Shown: piece by piece, positions 58,001 to 64,000 of the stretch
Layout: every line of letters begins with the position of its first letter
How positions within the stretch are numbered: the first letter of the stretch is position 1
Origin: Tubiluchus corallicola
Taxonomy: Eukaryota > Animalia > Priapulida
Direction: 5' to 3'
Length of the DNA stretch: 64,000 bases
NCBI GenBank assembly: GCA_030141605.1
Contig: JAQGDQ010000572.1
Span: 74,264 to 138,263 of the forward strand
The notes under the pieces: model-generated
The model's input: the letters and a program-made list of their open reading frames with translations, nothing else
Databases searched by the model: none
What the model was told of the DNA's origin: nothing
Translations under genes and position numbers: made by a program

Positions 58001-61000
58001 CTGTTCCAGGCCCACCCGCGATAAGTGAATTTCCGCGAAGTAGGGACGCTATACTCATTTTAGTAGTGTCACGTCGGCAAGTAGCTTCTCAAGAGGGCGC
58101 AGGTACTACATTTCGTTTTTGGTGTGTATTCATCCGCCGAATAAATACACTATTTACTGTAAATGGTAATTTTTTATGATTTATAATATTCTTTTTATGT
58201 TATAATTAACATTTTTAATATATTTTTATACATTTCGTGACTTTTTATGCAAAATTCATCAAATCTATACATTACTGTACAATACGTACTATGCATGTGA
58301 AAAAATACTCTAGACGGAGTACAGCAAAAACCCGCGAAACAGCGAAAATACCGCGATAAATATTTTACATTAATATTTTTGAAAACCTGTGAAACAGCGA
58401 GTCCGCAATAAACAAACCGCTAAGTAGCGAGGGAACACTGTATTTCTTTTTACAAAGCAACTAATGGCAAGTACTTTCACGAAACTCGTACACGTCATTT
58501 ACCAAACAGTTGCACGATTATTGATCTTCTTGTTCAGATGAATTGCGTTTAGCCTCCCCAACCCCACCTCTCAACAGGACTTACCCTCTTGACTATATCT
58601 CTCCTTCTGCTTGTCTATCACGATTATTAACAAAAGATTAATGTCACCAAACCCTTGTACTCACCTCCTTTGCTTTCCTTTTCTGCCCAAACTGTATCTT
58701 CCCGTACAGGCGCCTGTGTTTTTTGGGAATCATCATCTCCGACAACTTCTTCTCTTCCTTGCTGGCAAAGAACTCGGTCCTCTCCAAGCTGGCCTTGCTC
58801 TCTGTTCTGCCTTGTTCCACGGACATGGTCACCTTCTTGACCGCCGGTTCCTCTATTGACACGCTCGTTTTTCTTTTCGCTGGTAATGTCTTTTCATCTG
58901 TGAAAAGTTTTGCATATTATGTCGGTTTTCAATGCTGCAGTTTACAGTTTGCAATACAACAGAGTAAAAAAGGTCTAGTCGGCCATGTACACATGTGTGA
59001 GCCCAAGCAGAAAAAGTACTGTCGTTCACACAGTACGTTGACAGTTGTCAGGTACTTACCGTGAATGGATCGAGCTTGAAATGCAAGAACTTAGGTTACT
59101 AGTAAGTAGGGGTGAGCATTCTCTACCAGAAAGCGAATTCGAATTGAGATTGAACGATTTTCGAACAAGTTTTCGAACCACCAGTAAAAATTAGTCTTAC
59201 AAAGATCATGCATATCACGAGATTTTGTTCTGCAATAAAACGACTAGTAATTTGTTTAAAATTGTGCACAGAAATCACAGCTAAATTATGCTAATTGCAT
59301 GATGTTTCAATCGTTTCAATGATAAAGAACATGTGTGATTGAAGTGCTGAATTATTCGAATCTATAGTTTTGGATTCGAATCGAGTTCGAACTAAAAAAA
59401 CTCGTTCGAATCGAATTCGAGCGTTCGATGCTCACCCCTACTAGTAAGCAGAAAGCATTTTTTGTTTAGGATATTATCGAGTTTATGTATAAACTTTCAG
59501 ATGTTTGCTTGTTTAAAATTGCATGTTTGGTTCGTTTTAAGGCATTTTACAGCAATGGCTAAAATTTTTCTGCCTCCACTTATTTTAGTTACGATCAGTA
59601 TTCCTTTCCAATTATTTTCCTTTGCACATAGTGTTGTCAGTCATACTACTACACTGAGTAATTTTGATAACGTTTTGGTACAATTTCCTCATAACATTAA
59701 TTTTAAATACGTAATGGTTAAATTATTATTTAAAGATAGTCACGTGTGTCTCTTCTTTCCCATTATTGAACATTATTTTATTATAAACTAACACATTCGT
59801 ATAATAATTCAATTTTCATTCGTCTTAAATGCAAAATCTGGTAATTTTTAATTACCTGCGCATTAACTGATTAATTATATTAGTAACAATCCCGAGAGGG
59901 TGGCGGACCTCGATAACTTATAGTTCTTTCGCCCCCCTTTCACCATTAATCAATAATTACTTTTGCACTTTGTATTATTATTCTATGTTGTACAGATTTA
60001 TAAATCTCTTAGTTATGTATTTTGCTATTTTAAAAATGGTGATAAATTAATAAACTTACTTACTTACATTAATTCTTACTCCTTTTCTTAATGGTGCCCT
60101 ATTTTATAGTTTAAGCAAGTAGGAATAACACTAAGATTTGTGGGAATTACCGTATTTTCCCGTGTATAAGAGACCCTTTTTTGCTCAGAATTTTCACTTT
60201 AAAAATAGGGGGTCTCTTATACATGGGAGTAAGTCTCTTCAATAAGATGCATAAATTGTGACACTAATGATTTTAAAGAAATAAGTGCTCTACAACTGTT
60301 TTATTTCGAATAATTATAGTTTCCTTTCAATAAATCTTCTCCATGGCTAGAGGTCATTATTAAATCTTTCAAGAAGTGTGGCATCTCCAATGCCATGGAC
60401 GGCACAGAGGACAATGCCATTTTTGAGCAGAGTGACTCCTCTGATGATGAACTGGCTGGAATTGCTGAAGGTCTGACTCCAGTTGATATTTTTGATGAGA
60501 GTGATGAGGAATTTAATGATTTCTATGATGAATAAAGTTATTCATTACCAAAAAACTTTTTTCCAGAATTTTTGCCTAAAAATTGAAGGGGTCTCTTATA
60601 CACAAGGGTCTCTTATACATGGGAAAATACGGTAGTTGCGACACAAACGCTTTCTGTTTTTTTCTAAATCAGTATGTTATGTTATGTTATGTTACGTTAC
60701 GTTATGTTTTTGAATCACTATAGAAAAATTACCCCCATAAATTGGTCTTGGGGAAAACACTTTAGGGCAGGTTAAAATTTAGGACCAGATGAGCGCCTCA
60801 AAATGTACAAATCTGTGCATGGCAAGGACGAGGACAGGGATGAGAATGACAAATTGCAAAAAAACTCTGAAAAAGGCCGGGGATTTGGGGGCCGCGTAGG
60901 CCCCCATCGGGGTTCAAGCAACAAATTGCAATTTTGTGACCAGAGAGAGCCTCTAAGTGGACTTAAAATATCAGTTACCTTGTTTCATGTATAATTTAAA

Positions 61001-62481
61001 ATACCCAACTATCAAGGATACATGATACCTAATTGTCTCAAAAACGCCTAAGTACTGACCGCTCCTATGCAAAAGTATATAAAAACTGTCTGCAATTGAC
61101 TCAAATGACTCCGCACAATTGATTCTATATTTTTATACGTAGAGATATACACGTGGTTACACTGATGTACGTGATGTAAACAAAGTGACGGCCTGCCAAC
61201 TAGCGGTCAGCTTGTAAAATAATGTACTGGGTGCGTAAAAATTTTCTCAACGAATTTACGCGATTTACAAAAATGGCACTACTGGTCTTCCAAAAACTCG
61301 GAATTCCGCGTATCTGCAGAAAATTCTCATCCCTGAATTTTGACTCTGTTAGTTTACTGCTGTGCACCATATGTTCATGTAGTAGAAAAAAATTTGAATA
61401 GTCCTTCAGGGTGCACTACCCTAAAAACTCTCCCGTCTTAGAATAGCCCCAAAAATGTATTTACAGATACCCTGTTTATTTTCCTCAGGCTTAGGCTACT
61501 TTTTATTTATTCTACAAGTTTATTTATCCTACGAGTATACAATGCACGACTCTCAACATAGTTATATAAAATTCCAGGATCACTAGTTACTTATAGAGTG
61601 GTGCAGTAGTTGGGCACGGGACGTTTTGTGAAAACACGCCCCAAAACCCATGTTAACTTAGACACACCTGGAATATTTCTGGAATACCACAAAACATAAT
61701 GATTCAGTAAAAACAAAAAGCAAAAAATTCTCAAGAAAAGATGTCTATTCACCTGCCTACTCGCCTGTTTATTGACTTGTTCCGATAACAGCTGAGATTT
61801 TACCTTGATGGTTACATGTGTAAACAGAGCTTACTACATTAACCTATGCGAGCTTTTAACAGTTAAAGTACATGATGTCAGTAAGTCCACTTACTATCAC
61901 TAAGTTGTGTTTCTTCTTCATTCGTTTCGTTGTCATTTCTTCCATCTAATTCAACTTCTTCGTCGCGCTCAATTTCAATGTCTTTTTCTTCTTTTTCTTC
62001 TTCTTCTTCTTTGTCGTCACTTTCAGACTCTTCATCATCCTCTGATTCAGACTCGTCAGTTTCGCTCAACCCTTTGCCCACTAAAAGTAATCAGTAATTA
62101 ACTAGAATTTCTGACAAAGAATCAGTCATCACAGATTAATCAGTCATCACAAATTAACATTGAAAATGGACGAATGCATTTTACATACATAAAATCTTAA
62201 TACGTAAAAAGTACATACACAAATGGCTACTATAGATAAAACTAAAATCTAAACTAATGTTATTTAAGTTGTTATGCCTGGACTGTGTCCTACTACCTGG
62301 TAAACTTCCATCCTGTCGCTGTTGCAACAACGTGCGCTCCGGAGGCACATAATCGCCTTCTCCCTCTTCCACAAATGGAGAAAGGTGGGGAGGCAGAGAG
62401 GCTCCCGGGAAGAAGTCTTCCACGGGAAGGAGTAAACGAGCGTTAACGCTGTCGTACACCCACTGAGGCTGAACGTAGTAC
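54935..62481 (-). CDS. PES1: Pescadillo homolog, 3' part (last 4 coding exons; gene continues beyond the window)
   Basis: complement(join(54935-55012,58665-58897,61895-62080,62297-62481)). BRCT-end [36 protein letters not shown], acidic tract, [15 protein letters not shown], basic tail. Confidence 0.95.
55338..55792 (+). mobile_element. piggyBac-like MITE
   Basis: CCCTTTCA...TGAAAGGG TIRs with TTAA on both sides. Confidence 0.9.
56064..57556. repeat. 137-bp tandem repeat, 11 copies, one hairpin per unit
   Basis: GAG(T/C)AGTGCGAGGTGAG at 56068+137n; lies within a minus-strand LINE-like 3' end (AATAAA + TTCATAG tail near 55990-56011). Confidence 0.97.
57973..58440 (-). mobile_element. Tigger/pogo-like MITE, inverted copy of 18794-19242
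   Basis: Same TIRs, TA flanks and internal sequence. Confidence 0.88.
58665..58897 (-). CDS. PES1: PES1 penultimate coding exon
   Basis: ttcacag / GAG|gtgagt; [32 protein letters not shown]. Confidence 0.95.
59107..59440 (-). mobile_element. hAT MITE family D
   Basis: TIR TAGGGGTGAGCAT, perfect 8-bp TSD CTAGTAAG. Confidence 0.92.
60150..60632 (+). mobile_element. pogo-family transposon deletion derivative retaining the transposase C-terminus
   Basis: TA|CCGTATTTTCCCGTGTATAAG...CTTATACATGGGAAAATACGG|TA; 60350-60535 encodes [25 protein letters not shown]...acidic tail*. Confidence 0.9.
60835..61335 (-). mobile_element. hAT MITE family F
   Basis: Both CAGGGATGAGAAT TIRs present; no clear TSD. 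Confidence 0.85.
61895..62080 (-). CDS. PES1: PES1 exon (acidic tract)
   Basis: cttttag / A|gtaagt; phase 1-1; D/E-rich. Confidence 0.9.
62297..62481 (-). CDS. PES1: PES1 exon (BRCT end)
   Basis: ttgcag / G|gtagta; [14 protein letters not shown]...[11 protein letters not shown]. Confidence 0.95.
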
Positions 62482-62674
62482 CTGCAACGTAAGGCAAAAC
62501 AAAATCTATTTTAATAATGTACAAAGTCATAATGAAATAACGTGCTATGATAACGCAGGACATGCACGCTACCACGTTTTGTCTTCTATAATCAATAAAT
62601 ATCATGTAAGTAGTTAAAGGAATGCAAACTCATTACTACTATACTAGCTGAAAAGGTATTTTGCATTTTCCTAT

Positions 62675-63410
62675 TAAGATAAGATAAGATAAGATAAGCT
62701 AAGATAAGGTAAGGTAAGGTAAGGTAAGCTAAGATAAGGTAAGGTAAGGTAAGGTAAGGTAAGGTAAGGTAAGATAAGGTAAGATAAGATAAGGTAAGAT
62801 AAGGTGAGATAAGGTAAGGTAAGGTAAGGTAAGGTAAGGTAAGGTAAGGTAAGGTAAGGTAAGGTAAGGTAAGGTAAGTTAAGATAAGTTAAGTTAAGTT
62901 AAGTTAAGTTAAGTTTAAGATAAAATAAGATAAATTAAGATAAGATAAGATAAGATAAGTTAAGATAAGATAAGATAAGATAAGATAAGATAAGATAAGG
63001 TAAGGTAAGGTAAGGTAAGGTAAGGTAAGGTAAGGTAAGGTAAGGTAAGGTAAGGTAAGGTAAGGTAAGGTAAGGTAGGTAAGGTGTGGTAAGGTAAGGT
63101 AAGGTAAGGTAAGGTAAGGGTAGGTAAGGGTAGGTAAGGTAAGGTAAGGTAAGGTAAGGTAAGGTAAGGTAAGGTAAGGTAAGGTAAGGTAAGGTAAGGT
63201 AAGGTAAGGTAAGGTAAGGTAAGGTAAGGTAAGGTAAGGTAAGGTAAGGTAAGGTAAGGTAAGGTAAGGTAAGGTAAGGTAAGATAAGATAAGATAAGAT
63301 AAGATAAGATAAGATAAGATAAGATAAGATAAGATAAGATAAGATAAGTTAAGTTAAGTTAAGTTAAGTTAAGATAAGATAAGTTAAGATAAGATAAGAT
63401 AAGATAAGAT
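62675..63410. repeat. Compound pentamer microsatellite (TAAGA)/(TAAGG)/(TAAGT)
   Basis: Directly visible; follows a minus-strand AATAAA near 63411-63417, consistent with an expanded retroposon tail. Confidence 0.97.
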
Positions 63411-64000
63411 ATTTATTTTCATCGGTATGATATAAAACAGTACATATTTGTAGAAACATGAGCTTAAAGCACGTAAACCGATATCAAACATAATGTATAT
63501 GAGCGATAACATGGTAATGATATGTACTTCTTAAATCTTTTGGATGCAATATTATTGCAAGTTGTAACAAAAAGTCAGTTCAGCTATGTTTAAATAATAA
63601 ACCCTAAATTTTAAAGTAAATTGATATCATTTAAGCCTTTTGCCATGATAGTATCTATGATAAAATGGGTTTCTTTGGCAAATTTTTCTTCTACTTGAAG
63701 TAACACCGGACCCAACTGTTTTAGTTTGTAGGCTAAAACAATCTACTCTTTAAAATTTTGAAAGGAAACATACTATTTTTTCGGAAATGAATTACGTAAA
63801 AGAATTATTACCACACGAACACAATTTCACATTTGCGCCACTAGTTCTTAGCTGTTACATGCATTTTGCCATTCGCTAGTTTAACGGGCATTAGCGCCTG
63901 CATTTCGAAAACGTATTGTACAAAAAGTAGGTGTGCTGTACCTAACAGTTCACATGTGTTAGTTTGTGACGAACTACACACATGTGACAGCTCAGTTGAA

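Noticed and set aside
62675-63410. Telomeric repeat
   Set aside because: TAAGG is not TTAGG or TTAGGG, is mixed with TAAGA/TAAGT, and lies inside a PES1 intron

Overview
AT-rich, intron-rich animal genomic DNA, most likely from an invertebrate; no prokaryotic features or CRISPR. Four spliced genes were reconstructed by hand from GT-AG junctions with consistent phases: FRMD8/iTAP (+, 12 coding exons, 8108-33811, ~503 aa), MAD2L1BP/p31comet (-, 2 coding exons, 38517-37196), DNPH1/Rcl (+, 5 coding exons, 39441-48369, head-to-head with MAD2L1BP) and the last four coding exons of PES1/pescadillo (-, 62481-54935). Introns and intergenic DNA are packed with MITEs (hAT-, Tc1/pogo-, piggyBac- and Kolobok-like), a tRNA-derived SINE, RTE and other LINE remnants, and about 15 tandem arrays (~11 kb). 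Most long ORFs in the track are artefacts of these arrays. Main leads: (1) several tandem arrays amplify signals, namely a FRMD8 splice donor (41 in-frame 30-bp units), poly(A)-like signals behind PES1, a duplicated acceptor and retroelement 3' ends; (2) DNPH1 has Asn at the catalytic Asp80 position and two possible C-termini, a tubulin-like acidic tail or CCCL. Gene and repeat identities rest on recalled family motifs, not database searches.
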